Assembly (NCBI GenBank): GCA_903899985.1
Contig: CAIULL010000126.1
Location: 170 to 64,169 of the forward strand
Length of the DNA: 64,000 nucleotides
Origin: an uncultured Schlesneria sp.
GTDB taxonomy: Bacteria > Planctomycetota > Planctomycetia > Planctomycetales > Planctomycetaceae
Direction of reading: 5' to 3'
This document shows positions 9,942-19,201 of the stretch, piece after piece (position 1 is the first letter of the stretch; each line of letters opens with the position of its first letter). The translations under genes were made by a program, and so were the position numbers. The notes under the pieces are model-generated. The model searched no databases, had not been told where the DNA came from, and was given only the letters and a program-made list of their open reading frames with translations.

Positions 9942-10433
9942 TCACTGGATGTCAGTGATCCCTTCATGGTCCGCTGGCCGAGGACCGGGAGCGGGCCAGA
10001 AGAACTTGCGATCGGATTCCGCGATCGCAATATCGTTAATGCTGGCTTCACGCCGACGCATCAATCCATCTTCGTCGAACTCCCACAGTTCATTCCCGTA
10101 GGCCCGATGCCAATCGCCGGAATCATCCTGCCATTCATATTGGAACCGCACCGCCATGCGGTTTTTCAAGAAGCCCCAAAGCTCCTTCACCAGGCGGTAC
10201 TCGCGTTCGCGGTTCCACTTCCTGCGGAGCAGGTCTTTGATTTCTTCCCGGCCACGAACGAACTCGCCGCGATTGCGCCATTGGCTGTCTACGGAATAAC
10301 CTAATGCGACTCGTTCCGGGTCACGGCTGTTCCAGGCATCTTCGGCCGCTCGAACCTTGGCGGTTGCCGTTTCAAAGGTAAATGGCGGAACGAGGATTGG
10401 AGTCGGTGTTTTCACCACACATTTTTCGGTCAT
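9942..10433 (-). CDS. DUF1348 / NTF2-like protein
   Basis: [68 protein letters not shown]. Confidence 0.88.
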   Translation of the reverse strand: MTEKCVVKTPTPILVPPFTFETATAKVRAAEDAWNSRDPERVALGYSVDSQWRNRGEFVRGREEIKDLLRRKWNREREYRLVKELWGFLKNRMAVRFQYEWQDDSGDWHRAYGNELWEFDEDGLMRRREASINDIAIAESDRKFFWPAPGPRPADHEGITDIQ

Positions 10434-10523
10434 GATCGATTCCTGACAAAGGGGGGTGATACCACGAAGAATCGCAGCAAGTCGCCCCCGTGTTTTGGAC
10501 CTTACGTCTTGAGCGAACTGATC

Positions 10524-11063
10524 TCAGACGAGAACTTCAGCGGCGGGAAAATCGACGTCTGTGCCAGCGACGTGGTTGAAGTAATTCGTAAAAATATTGA
10601 GTGCCACATTGCCGACGACTTCGGCGAGTGCTCCATCGTCGAATCCTGCCTCACGCACGGATTGCAGGTCGGCGTCAGACACTCGACCTTTGGTTTCCAG
10701 CACTTTTTGAGCGAATCGAACCAGGACCTCAGATTTTGAATCGGTGGATGTCCCTTTGCGGCTGTCCCGAATCTCGTCAGCGGTGAGCCCGACCATTTTG
10801 CCGATCGTGGAATGTGCGGCGAGGCAATAGTCGCATTGGTTTTCTTGAGCAACGACCAGAGCGATTCGTTCACGGTTCTTGGCCGACAGCGTTCCCTTTC
10901 CGAGCGAGCCGCTGAATTGAAGATAGGCTTCCAAGGCTGCGGGAGCGTTGGCGAGTGCTCGCGTCAGATTTGGAACAAGGCCGAGCTTGCTTTTGACGGC
11001 ATCCAACAGTTCCTTCGCTTTGCCGGTCGCGGTTTCGGGAGAAATTTGATTGATGCGTGACAT
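10524..11063 (-). CDS. AhpD/carboxymuconolactone decarboxylase-family peroxidase-related protein
   Basis: GLVPNL, RERIALVVAQENQCDYCLAAH (CxxC..H), EVVGNVALNIFTNYFN. Confidence 0.9.
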   Translation of the reverse strand: MSRINQISPETATGKAKELLDAVKSKLGLVPNLTRALANAPAALEAYLQFSGSLGKGTLSAKNRERIALVVAQENQCDYCLAAHSTIGKMVGLTADEIRDSRKGTSTDSKSEVLVRFAQKVLETKGRVSDADLQSVREAGFDDGALAEVVGNVALNIFTNYFNHVAGTDVDFPAAEVLV

Positions 11064-11134
11064 GGTTTGTTCCTTTCAGAGAACTGGTTTTTGATTCGCC
11101 ATCTGAACTTTTCAGTGGCTGGCGAGAGTGCTTC

Positions 11135-11152
11135 ATTCATCTTTTGTGCCAA
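11135..11152 (-). promoter_or_regulatory. Possible sigma-54 promoter (good -24, degenerate -12) for the ahpD-like operon
   Basis: Minus strand TTGGCACAAAAGATGAAT: GG-N10-GA rather than GG-N10-GC; lies between the operon and its divergent sigma-54 activator. Confidence 0.3.
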
Positions 11153-11218
11153 AAGTCATGAGAATCTGTAACACATTGATAAATATACAGTTGCGTATTT
11201 TTGTGTCAAAATTAAAAA

Positions 11219-11273
11219 CAACGAAATATCGTTGTAAAATGAAATATCGTTGAACAACAACGAAAAATCGTTA
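11219..11273. promoter_or_regulatory. Three tandem pseudo-palindromes, candidate enhancer (UAS) sites
   Basis: CAACGAAATATCGTTG (11219-11234), AAATGAAATATCGTTG (11237-11252), CAACGAAAAATCGTTA (11258-11273). Confidence 0.65.
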
Positions 11274-11283
11274 TTCTTCTGAG

Positions 11284-12903
11284 ATGCAAACACTCACTGA
11301 TCAACACCTGTTCGCTCGAAATCCCAAGGGGCTGTTGCTTGAGCTGGCGGAACAGCTTGATGTCGACAAGATCTTGACGCTCGCCGCTCAGCGGCTGAGT
11401 GAAGGGCCATCGGTCGCTTTGGTGCGGGTTTGGCTGCTGCAACCCCCACTCGCTGACGATTGCACCAGTTGCCGATTCGCCACAGAGTGCTTTCAACGCG
11501 ATCATTGCCTGCATCTGGTGGCGAGCTCTGGCCACTCTCTGGATAGTTCTGCTGACAGGTGGGATCGTCTCGATGGATCTTTCCGCCGGTTTCCGATCGG
11601 CATCCGAAAAGTTGGGCAGATCGCGAAATCTGGTAAGTCACTTGAAGTCTCGGAAATCACTGAAAACCACGCCTGGGTCGCGCGCCCGGAATGGGTGCGT
11701 GATGAAAAGATCACATCGTTTGCCGGTCATCCCCTCATCTTTCGTGGCCAGGTGCTCGGAGTGCTTGGGTTGTTCTCACGTCAGCCGCCCGGTGAATCGG
11801 GTTTTGAATGGTTACGAATGATTGCTGATCACCTCGCTGCCGCCATCGCGAACGCCAGGGCACTCAACGAAATCGAACTCCTTAAAAAGCGCTTGGAGCT
11901 CGAAAACGAGTACCTGCGAGAAGAAGTTCAGCAAGCGGAATCTTATGGTGAACTGGTTGGACAAAGCCCTGCCTTACAAGTGGTTTCGCGGCAGATTGAT
12001 CTCGTCGCACCAACCGATTCGTCGGTTCTGATCCTGGGCGAAAGCGGTACGGGCAAAGAGCTTGTCGCTCGTGAGTTACACCGCCGCAGCCGACGTGCAA
12101 GCCGCCCCTTGATCAAGGTTAATTGTGCCGCGATCCCACGAGAACTTTACGAGAGTGAGTTCTTCGGGCACGCGAAAGGAGCGTTTACCAGTGCCCTGCG
12201 TGATCGTGCCGGTCGATTTGAACTGGCCGACGGCGGGACATTGTTTCTCGACGAGATTGGAGAGATCCCGCTGGATCTTCAAGCCAAATTATTGCGCGTC
12301 CTGCAAGAGGGTGAGCTTGAGCGAGTGGGGGATGAAACAACTCGAAAAGTGGATGTCCGCATTCTTGCCGCCACCAATCGCAAACTTCGTGAAGAATCGG
12401 AAGCGGGCCGATTCCGACAGGATTTGTATTACCGGCTCAGTGTCTTTCCGATCGAACTGCCGCCGCTGCGCAATCGCATCGAGGATGTCCCACTGTTGGC
12501 CGAACAGTTTCTCGAACGTCTTTCGCGTAAGCTGGGACGACGCCGACCGAGATTGACTCTGGCCAATGTTCAAACGCTGCAGCAGTACAGTTGGCCCGGC
12601 AACATTCGAGAGCTTCAGCATGTCCTTGAGCGAGCCTCGATCGGTGCAACCGACGGACGCCTTCGACTGGAACTTCCTTCCGAAACAGCGAAGCGAAAGG
12701 TCTCGACGGAATCGACGAGTGAATCCGAACGAATTTTGACCGAGTCTGAAATGCGGAGTTTTGAAGCGAATAATATTCGATTGGCACTGAAAGCATCCGG
12801 CGGCAAAATCTATGGGCCGGACGGGGCTGCCGCAAGGCTGGGGGTGAAGCCAACAACACTCGCATCTCGGATCAAGATTCTTGAGATTTCGATCAGCAAA
12901 TGA
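11284..12903 (+). CDS. Sigma-54-interacting transcriptional activator (GAF + AAA+ + HTH, FhlA-like)
   Basis: GAF region, [18 protein letters not shown] loop, [28 protein letters not shown]-terminal [17 protein letters not shown]. Confidence 0.95.
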   Translation: MQTLTDQHLFARNPKGLLLELAEQLDVDKILTLAAQRLSEGPSVALVRVWLLQPPLADDCTSCRFATECFQRDHCLHLVASSGHSLDSSADRWDRLDGSFRRFPIGIRKVGQIAKSGKSLEVSEITENHAWVARPEWVRDEKITSFAGHPLIFRGQVLGVLGLFSRQPPGESGFEWLRMIADHLAAAIANARALNEIELLKKRLELENEYLREEVQQAESYGELVGQSPALQVVSRQIDLVAPTDSSVLILGESGTGKELVARELHRRSRRASRPLIKVNCAAIPRELYESEFFGHAKGAFTSALRDRAGRFELADGGTLFLDEIGEIPLDLQAKLLRVLQEGELERVGDETTRKVDVRILAATNRKLREESEAGRFRQDLYYRLSVFPIELPPLRNRIEDVPLLAEQFLERLSRKLGRRRPRLTLANVQTLQQYSWPGNIRELQHVLERASIGATDGRLRLELPSETAKRKVSTESTSESERILTESEMRSFEANNIRLALKASGGKIYGPDGAAARLGVKPTTLASRIKILEISISK

Positions 12904-13273
12904 GCTCCGGTGAAGTTGTATCAAGCTTGCGACCATTTCCGACGTTATCCATGTTCTCATCAAAACGAGCCTCGGTCGCTTCGTTGACCGGAGCAAACTT
13001 GGCGACTCCGGCATTCGCGCACAGCACGTCGATCTTGCCGTGCTGCTTCTGGACTTGAGCGAAGAGATTGTTCAGATCGCCGAGACGGGAGACGTCGGCT
13101 TTGACGGCTAACGTGTCGCCACCGATGTCTGCGGCCGCTTCGGTAAGCGATTTCTCATCTCGCCGACTGATGACGATTTTTCCCCCTCGACGGTGAAGTT
13201 CTTTGGCCGTCGCCAGGCCGATGCCGCTGTTGCGGCCCGTGATGACGGCCACTTTGTTGTTGAAAGAATTCAT
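12893..13273 (-). pseudogene. Truncated short-chain dehydrogenase/reductase
   Basis: Rossmann start VAVITGRNSGIG, ADVS and NAG motifs; SDR-like sequence stops after about 110 aa, before the YxxxK catalytic motif. Confidence 0.8.
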
Positions 13274-13325
13274 GTTTTTTCTCCCTTTGTGAAAGGGTTG
13301 AGGAAGAGCATCCATCACGGACTAC

Positions 13326-14051
13326 TCAATATGGTGAATGGTTAGATTTAACGACATCATCGATATTGCCTTGCCACGGCTTACCATGTCCCGGCAATAA
13401 CGTTATCGGACCAAGATCCGCCAGGCGACTGAGGGATCTTCGCGCCTGGGTGTCATCGTCATTTAATGGGCGATTTGGAACTTGCGGCAAGCCGAATTCT
13501 CCACTGTAAAGATCACGAGTCACCAGAGCGTCGCCCGAAATCAAAACGCCACGTTCAGGCAGGTAGAAAGCGACTTCTCCGGCCGTATGCCCGGGTAAGT
13601 GAACCACATGAGGTCTGCCAGGAACATCAAGCACGTCGGCATCCTCAAACGTCAAAGCCTTTTCAACGGGAAAACGGCTGAATACGCCGTTCCGAATCCC
13701 CCTGGCCAACATTGACGCAGTAAAAGGTCGCCAGACTCGAGAGAGCAGTCCCCACCATGGGAGCTGCAGAATTCGAGCGGACGCATCCAAGTCCGCTCGG
13801 TGAATATAGACGGGCGCATTTGCCTCTTTGCTCACACGATCCGCAAACCCCATGTGGTCGGCATGGGCGTGGGTCAAGATGATTGCGTCAACATCTTTGA
13901 TCTCATGACCGATCGAACGAATGCCATCAGAAAAAACTCGATAGTGACCTGGAAAACCGGCATCGACCAGCGTAAGCCGCCCCGCTTCCTCGATCAGATA
14001 CCAGTTAAACGGATTGGTGTTAAAGTGGTGCACACCAGCAGCGACAAGCAT
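13326..14051 (-). CDS. Metallo-beta-lactamase-fold hydrolase
   Basis: LVDAG, THAHADHMG (HxHxDH), PGHTAG, SGDAL, LLPGHG; start at ATG 14051 preceded by GGAGG. Confidence 0.9.
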   Translation of the reverse strand: MLVAAGVHHFNTNPFNWYLIEEAGRLTLVDAGFPGHYRVFSDGIRSIGHEIKDVDAIILTHAHADHMGFADRVSKEANAPVYIHRADLDASARILQLPWWGLLSRVWRPFTASMLARGIRNGVFSRFPVEKALTFEDADVLDVPGRPHVVHLPGHTAGEVAFYLPERGVLISGDALVTRDLYSGEFGLPQVPNRPLNDDDTQARRSLSRLADLGPITLLPGHGKPWQGNIDDVVKSNHSPY

Positions 14052-14073
14052 CGCGTTTCCTCCTAAGTTGTCG

Positions 14074-14703
14074 TTATCGTAACCCGGCTTCATGCGCATC
14101 TGCTTGTGCCTTTTCAAATGCGGCCTTGGTTTCGGCTTCGCCCCGCATTTTGCTGCCGTAAAACCAGACATTTGTTACGTCGTCGATGCCAGCAAAATTC
14201 AGCCAATCGGTCAGATACGTTGAGGCATGATCTGTGCCGTAACTTTTGCTCAGGCCCGGCATATAGATTGCCGCCGTATAGACGGCTGTGGCTCGCTTCC
14301 CCTTTAAGAGGCCGATGTAGCCCTTCGACGGTTCAAAACCAAAAAGAGTACCCGGCATACTCAGGAGGTCGATATACTGCTTGAGCTTGTAAGGGACGCC
14401 GAAGTTCCACATGGGGACGGCAAAAAGATAATCATCGGCCGAGTTGAAGCGGTTGAAGATGGTGACGAGTTCTTCATAAACCGTCTGTTGCCTGCCGTTC
14501 ATGGCTGGTTCGCCAAAAAACGAGACTTTGGCCGCAGCGCTATCGCCGTCAAATTCGGGAAGATTGGCTTGCCAGAGATCGATGACATCAATCGATGCGC
14601 CGGGATATTTTTCCATGTAACCGGCGACATATTCGTCCGCCAGTTTCATGCTCACCGATTTTTCGGAACGAGGCGAGCCTTTGATGTAGAGCAACTTTTT
14701 CAT
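14074..14703 (-). CDS. azoR: FMN-dependent NADH-azoreductase (flavodoxin-2 fold)
   Basis: YIKGSPRSEKSVS, FAVPMWNFGVPYKLKQYID, GLLKGK. Confidence 0.85.
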   Translation of the reverse strand: MKKLLYIKGSPRSEKSVSMKLADEYVAGYMEKYPGASIDVIDLWQANLPEFDGDSAAAKVSFFGEPAMNGRQQTVYEELVTIFNRFNSADDYLFAVPMWNFGVPYKLKQYIDLLSMPGTLFGFEPSKGYIGLLKGKRATAVYTAAIYMPGLSKSYGTDHASTYLTDWLNFAGIDDVTNVWFYGSKMRGEAETKAAFEKAQADAHEAGLR

Positions 14704-14845
14704 GAGAAGTTCTTATTGCAGGGGAAGGTTAGTGTCAGTCCGGTGGTTTCTCGGTGACGAGCCGACCGACACAGGTCGATTAGCTGCACTCGATGCCATA
14801 CCGCGTTGAAAGCGGGATACGGCGAGTTGCGATTCAAGGTCGGCA

Positions 14846-15229
14846 TCAATTACGCGGCTGGTTGGTCGAGAACAAGTAGCGGTGTATTTTCCAGTCACCG
14901 TTTTCTTTACGGAAAACGAACAGTTCGTTATTCCCTTCGTTGACTTCAACATCTGCAGCCAGAATGCGAGTTCGTCCAGCCGAACTTGTCCGGGCCCATG
15001 CCGTGTCGCCGTGTGTTTCGATCTCGTAGGTCGTGAATTTGATGTCCAGTTTGATCGTGTTGAAGACATGTTCGTAGGCCGCTCGTACCGCATCCCGTCC
15101 CACCATCGCCGGCGCGTGTTGAGGCATGAAGACGGGATCGCTCCCGTAGAGCTTCAGAACGGTGTCAACGTCATTGGCGTTAAGGGCCTTCTCGTAGCTT
15201 TGCAGAACAGATTCGATTGTCATTGACAT
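14846..15229 (-). CDS. SnoaL/DUF4440 (YybH-like) protein
   Basis: YEKALNANDVDTVLKLY, VGRDAVRAAYE, ELFVFRKENGDWKIHRYLFS; start at 15229 or 15223 after GGAG. Confidence 0.82.
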   Translation of the reverse strand: MSMTIESVLQSYEKALNANDVDTVLKLYGSDPVFMPQHAPAMVGRDAVRAAYEHVFNTIKLDIKFTTYEIETHGDTAWARTSSAGRTRILAADVEVNEGNNELFVFRKENGDWKIHRYLFSTNQPRN

Positions 15230-15364
15230 TCTCCAAATGAGGGAGGTGATTGTCGTTCTGGTCGTCCCTCGGCGACCAGAACGACGGAAATGAGTCATAA
15301 AGTCGATCACGATGCCGAACCGCTCTTCGCGAGCGGTTCGATGAGTTGCGTCTGTCACAGAGCA

Positions 15365-15679
15365 TCAGTCGTAATGCGGTGATTTCATGTCGCGACTGGG
15401 GGCCTCCGTGACCTCCCCGTCGAACAGTTTCACGGACAGGCTCGCCCCTAGCTTGGCAGCCTCCTCGGCATAGGGACCGACGGCAAAATTTCGGGCGTTC
15501 TCTTCAGAATCAAATTCGTAGAACCCGCCCACCGATCCGCCACGGATGCCATACAACCACGTCTTACGAATCAGTCCGGGAACCTTCTTCAGTCCGGCGT
15601 TGATTGACCGCCAATCCACGTCGCTGAAGGGAACCGTCATTTGCAGTTCGCCGTACAAGAAAACTTTTTTGCTGTGCAT
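15365..15679 (-). CDS. YdhR-family putative monooxygenase (dimeric alpha/beta barrel)
   Basis: VPGLIRKTWL, GGFYEFDSEENARNF; start at ATG 15679. Confidence 0.8.
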   Translation of the reverse strand: MHSKKVFLYGELQMTVPFSDVDWRSINAGLKKVPGLIRKTWLYGIRGGSVGGFYEFDSEENARNFAVGPYAEEAAKLGASLSVKLFDGEVTEAPSRDMKSPHYD

Positions 15680-15773
15680 GTGAAAATCCTCCGATTCAAG
15701 CCACGGACAACGACCTGACGATTCAACATGAACCGTCTTTTCAGATCGCGGCCTCTCGGCTTTCATTGAAAAT

Positions 15774-15787
15774 ACAGACAGGTCTGT
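15774..15787. promoter_or_regulatory. Putative TetR operator, copy 1
   Basis: Palindrome ACAGAC-AG-GTCTGT upstream of the YdhR-like gene. Confidence 0.7.
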
Positions 15788-15814
15788 CTGTTTGATGTTA
15801 AAAAAAGAGAAAGG

Positions 15815-16396
15815 TTACAAGCCCTTCGCTTCCGCCGCCATTTTCAAGGCGGCGTCACGTGCCACGTCCACAACGTCAGGCGAACCCTGAATGACCGCTG
15901 TCACGATCGCCCCTTCGACGAGTAGCCCGACAGCGGGTGCAACTTTCGCCCCTCCTTTACCGAGTGATTCCTCGACCAGGCCGGCCAAAAAGTCCTGGAA
16001 CCGGCGCTTGTGATCCTTTGCGAACTGCGTCCCGGCATGTGCAGGGTCGGCCAGTTCCACGGCCGCGTTCTGAAACGCACATCCCCGGAAACCGGGACTC
16101 TCGAAAAAGTCTTTGAGCACCGCGAAGAAGGCCCGCAGTTTGTCCTTCGTCCGTTTGCCGTGCCGTTCCATCCCATCGGTGAAGAACTCCAGAAGCTTCT
16201 CTTCCCGATACTTCAGGACGGCGAGGATCAGGTCGTCCTTGGACGGAAAGTGTTTGTAGAGGCTCATCTTGGCGACGTCCGCCTCGGCGATGATCCGGTC
16301 GATGCCAACCGCCCGAATACCGTCCTGATAGAACAGCCTGTCGGCAGTGTCCAAGATTCGCTGGCGGACTTCAGAAGTAGCTTTCGTGCGTTCCAT
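15815..16396 (-). CDS. TetR/AcrR-family transcriptional regulator
   Basis: RQRILDTADRLFYQDGIRAVGIDRIIAEADVAKMSLYKHFPSKDDL; RGCAFQNAAVE. Confidence 0.95.
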   Translation of the reverse strand: MERTKATSEVRQRILDTADRLFYQDGIRAVGIDRIIAEADVAKMSLYKHFPSKDDLILAVLKYREEKLLEFFTDGMERHGKRTKDKLRAFFAVLKDFFESPGFRGCAFQNAAVELADPAHAGTQFAKDHKRRFQDFLAGLVEESLGKGGAKVAPAVGLLVEGAIVTAVIQGSPDVVDVARDAALKMAAEAKGL

Positions 16397-16407
16397 GTCT
16401 GAAGTAT

Positions 16408-16421
16408 ACAGACCTGTCTGT
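16408..16421. promoter_or_regulatory. Putative TetR operator, copy 2 (autoregulatory)
   Basis: Palindrome ACAGAC-CT-GTCTGT 12 bp upstream of the tetR ATG. Confidence 0.7.
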
Positions 16422-16491
16422 TATCGTCAATGGGTCGGCAAAAGAATTTAGCGATCCTGCCGATTCGGCGGAAATGTGGCGCTTATCTGTT

Positions 16492-17064
16492 CTACTTTTT
16501 CTCGAACTTCACGCCGTATTTCTCGGCGGTGACGACAGCTCGTTTGATGTCTTCCGGCTTGATCTCTGGTGGCTTCTCGTTGGTTCCGGACACAGGCGTA
16601 CCAATGTCCAGGAACCATTGCTCGAAGCCGCCGGGAGTGTAAGACAGCAGCAATCGGGTCGGCTTGTCGGAGATATTTTTGAAATAGTGCTGAACTCCGC
16701 GAGGCATATGGACGAAATCACCCGCCTTGACGTCATGCTGCTTGCCACCGAGCCATGCTCGTAGTTCACCTTCGAGCACGAAAATCGTTTCGTCTTCTTT
16801 GGTGTGCGTGTGGGGAACAGGGCCTGCACCAGGCGGAATGAGGTCTTCAAAAACGGAGTAGGCGCCGCCGGTATCGGCAGCTTTGACTTTGACCGTGACC
16901 AGCACACCCATTGCCCAGACCTTGGTCCCCTCGCTCCCGAGGACGACCTTGGGCGGGGTGGCGTTGGGGTTTTCCTGTGCCACAATACCGCGGTTGCCTG
17001 TTGTAGCCGCTGCACCCGCGACGACACCAAGCGAAGTTTGAAGAAAAGCTCGCCGTGAATTCAT
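16492..17064 (-). CDS. Tat-exported cupin protein (quercetinase-like)
   Basis: Signal MNSRRAFLQTSLGVVAGAAA; cupin PHTHTKEDETIFVLEGEL and MPRGVQHYFKN. Confidence 0.85.
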   Translation of the reverse strand: MNSRRAFLQTSLGVVAGAAATTGNRGIVAQENPNATPPKVVLGSEGTKVWAMGVLVTVKVKAADTGGAYSVFEDLIPPGAGPVPHTHTKEDETIFVLEGELRAWLGGKQHDVKAGDFVHMPRGVQHYFKNISDKPTRLLLSYTPGGFEQWFLDIGTPVSGTNEKPPEIKPEDIKRAVVTAEKYGVKFEKK

Positions 17065-17123
17065 GGTTTGATCCTGAACGGGTTGTAGAAAACAACAACA
17101 AAGGAAACTGCCGCAATGAACTT

Positions 17124-18089
17124 TCAATGCGTCGGCAACCTGATCTCAATTCCGTAATCGGGGGCGACATGCAACAGTTTTTCAATTTCAGCGAGCGTGG
17201 GAGGCAACGCCGTTGTGGCTCCGTCTTCAAGCGGCACACCCACCTCGAAAAACATCTGCTCTAAACCCGCAGGTGCGACCACAATCAACATCCGTGCCGG
17301 TTTGTCGCTCTCATTCTTGAAGGAATGTGGCGTTCCTGTTGGCATGTTCGCAAACGCGCCCGCCTTGGCTACGACTCGTTTCTCGCCGATCTGGAACGTG
17401 ATCTCCCCCTCCAGAATATAGAAACCTTCTTCCTCCCGGCTGTGGACATGGGGAGGCGGCCCTCCACCAGGTTGCACGATCGCTTCCCAGAACGCGTACT
17501 TTCCATTCGTATCTTCGCCTGTCGCCATGAATCGATACACGTCGCCAACAACCGCGATGGTGCGGCCCTCGGATGGCATCGTGATTTTGATATCTGGCGG
17601 TTCCTCGAAAGCGGATGCCGGTGGATTCAGGTCGATTCCGTATTTGGGGGCGGCTGACATCATGCGAGCCATGAAGCCAGGAGGATCGAATATAATCTGT
17701 AAATCAGGTCCGTCCAGTTTCCCACCAACATCAGCCTGGAAGCCGTCGAATCCTGCGGGGGCCACGAGGGTGATGATTTCTGCCTCGACCTGCCCTGAGT
17801 TCCTGAAGTAATGCGCCGTCCCTGCCCCAATGGCGATACAGCCATTCGCCGGAAGGATCAATGTCTGATTTCCCGCTGTAAAAGTCAGTTCTCCCCGGAC
17901 AACAAAAAACGCTTCTTCAAACGAATGCCGGTGCGGCTTGGGACCAACTCCCACGGGGACTCGACCGATCGAAAAGGCATAGGAACCTCCCGTGTCGGTA
18001 CCCTGAGCCGTATATCGAATCGGGGAGCCGAGCCAGGAGATCCATGCTCCTTGCTGGTCGCTGACGATCAGGGGTTGGCGTGTTTCCAT
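17124..18089 (-). CDS. Bicupin protein (quercetin 2,3-dioxygenase-like)
   Basis: Two cupin repeats: PHRHSFEEAFFVVRGEL...AHYFRN and PHVHSREEEGFYILEGEI...PHSFKN. Confidence 0.85.
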   Translation of the reverse strand: METRQPLIVSDQQGAWISWLGSPIRYTAQGTDTGGSYAFSIGRVPVGVGPKPHRHSFEEAFFVVRGELTFTAGNQTLILPANGCIAIGAGTAHYFRNSGQVEAEIITLVAPAGFDGFQADVGGKLDGPDLQIIFDPPGFMARMMSAAPKYGIDLNPPASAFEEPPDIKITMPSEGRTIAVVGDVYRFMATGEDTNGKYAFWEAIVQPGGGPPPHVHSREEEGFYILEGEITFQIGEKRVVAKAGAFANMPTGTPHSFKNESDKPARMLIVVAPAGLEQMFFEVGVPLEDGATTALPPTLAEIEKLLHVAPDYGIEIRLPTH

Positions 18090-18161
18090 TGTCTGGCCTT
18101 ATGTAAGAATCGTGTTTAACGGTGATTCCAATTTGGGTGACTTTTTGAGATTCAATGAGAT

Positions 18162-18629
18162 CTATTCACCGTGTTCAAATTGCGGCGAGACCAGGATCTT
18201 TTGCAGTTTCTCAATCATGTGCCGTTCACCTTCCAGGCCAACAACATCGCGAAGTTCCTGATCGAAGCGGGTCGCAATCTGCTCAATCCTGGCAAGACGG
18301 CTTCGACCGGTCTTCGTAATCGTCAGCAGATTTAGCCGGGCGTCGGCTTCCGACGCGACGCGTTCGACGAGTCCGGCCTCCACAAGTGATTTTGCGACAT
18401 TAACGATCGTTTGACGGCCGAGTCCGAGTTTCCGTCCCAACGCCCGTACATGATTCGGGCCCTCATAAGCCAGCACACTAAGAACCCCAGCCTCGACAGG
18501 AGTTGCTGTTAATGGCTGCAATGCCCGCTCATATCCTCGCGAAATCGCCAAACCCGCCCGATAGAGCAGAAAGCCAAGCCGCGACTCAGGGGGCCGGCGA
18601 TCGTCGCTTCGTTGTGCCATATCGTCCAT
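18162..18629 (-). CDS. MarR-family transcriptional regulator
   Basis: LGFLLYRAG, LGLGRQTIVNVAKSLVEAGLVER, DARLNLLTITKTG. Confidence 0.9.
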   Translation of the reverse strand: MDDMAQRSDDRRPPESRLGFLLYRAGLAISRGYERALQPLTATPVEAGVLSVLAYEGPNHVRALGRKLGLGRQTIVNVAKSLVEAGLVERVASEADARLNLLTITKTGRSRLARIEQIATRFDQELRDVVGLEGERHMIEKLQKILVSPQFEHGE

Positions 18630-18708
18630 ACATTGACAATCGCGTAATGGTCACTTAGTCTCGCCTGATCCTGGTGACAGCGTATCCAAAACTCGGGAGA
18701 CTTTCCAA

Positions 18709-19155
18709 ATGGAAGTCGAGTCATCCGTTGAGACAGACGCATTTCCGACATTCAAAACCATTTTGATTGCCGGGCTGGCGGGGGGCTTTGTGCTGAACGC
18801 AATTGACACTCCCTGGAGTGTGCTGGTCATGGTCCCGAAAATGAAACCGTTTTTCGACGCGCAGGGATTCGCGTCCAGTCCGCTGACCGGTCCCTGGTTT
18901 CTCTCGGTTCATTTCCTTTTCACGACGGTGATCGCGTACCTCTATTCACTGATGCGGATGCTGCACGGTCGGGGTTTGAGGACCGCCTTGACGGCCGGCG
19001 TGATCATGCTTCTTGTGAACCGAGCATTTGGATTCGCGAACGTCTTGATGGGGATTTTTCCCGCCGATTTGTTTCTCGGATTCTCCGCAAGCATGGTCCC
19101 GGGAACCCTGATTGCGTCGGTCGTCAGTGGCTGGATCATCGATCGACGCTGCTGA
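18709..19155 (+). CDS. Hypothetical membrane protein
   Basis: 148 aa with four hydrophobic segments; divergent from marR. Confidence 0.7.
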   Translation: MEVESSVETDAFPTFKTILIAGLAGGFVLNAIDTPWSVLVMVPKMKPFFDAQGFASSPLTGPWFLSVHFLFTTVIAYLYSLMRMLHGRGLRTALTAGVIMLLVNRAFGFANVLMGIFPADLFLGFSASMVPGTLIASVVSGWIIDRRC

Positions 19156-19201
19156 ATTCCAAGAACCCTCAGTCACATCTGTCGTCAAAAAATCGGTGGT
19201 G

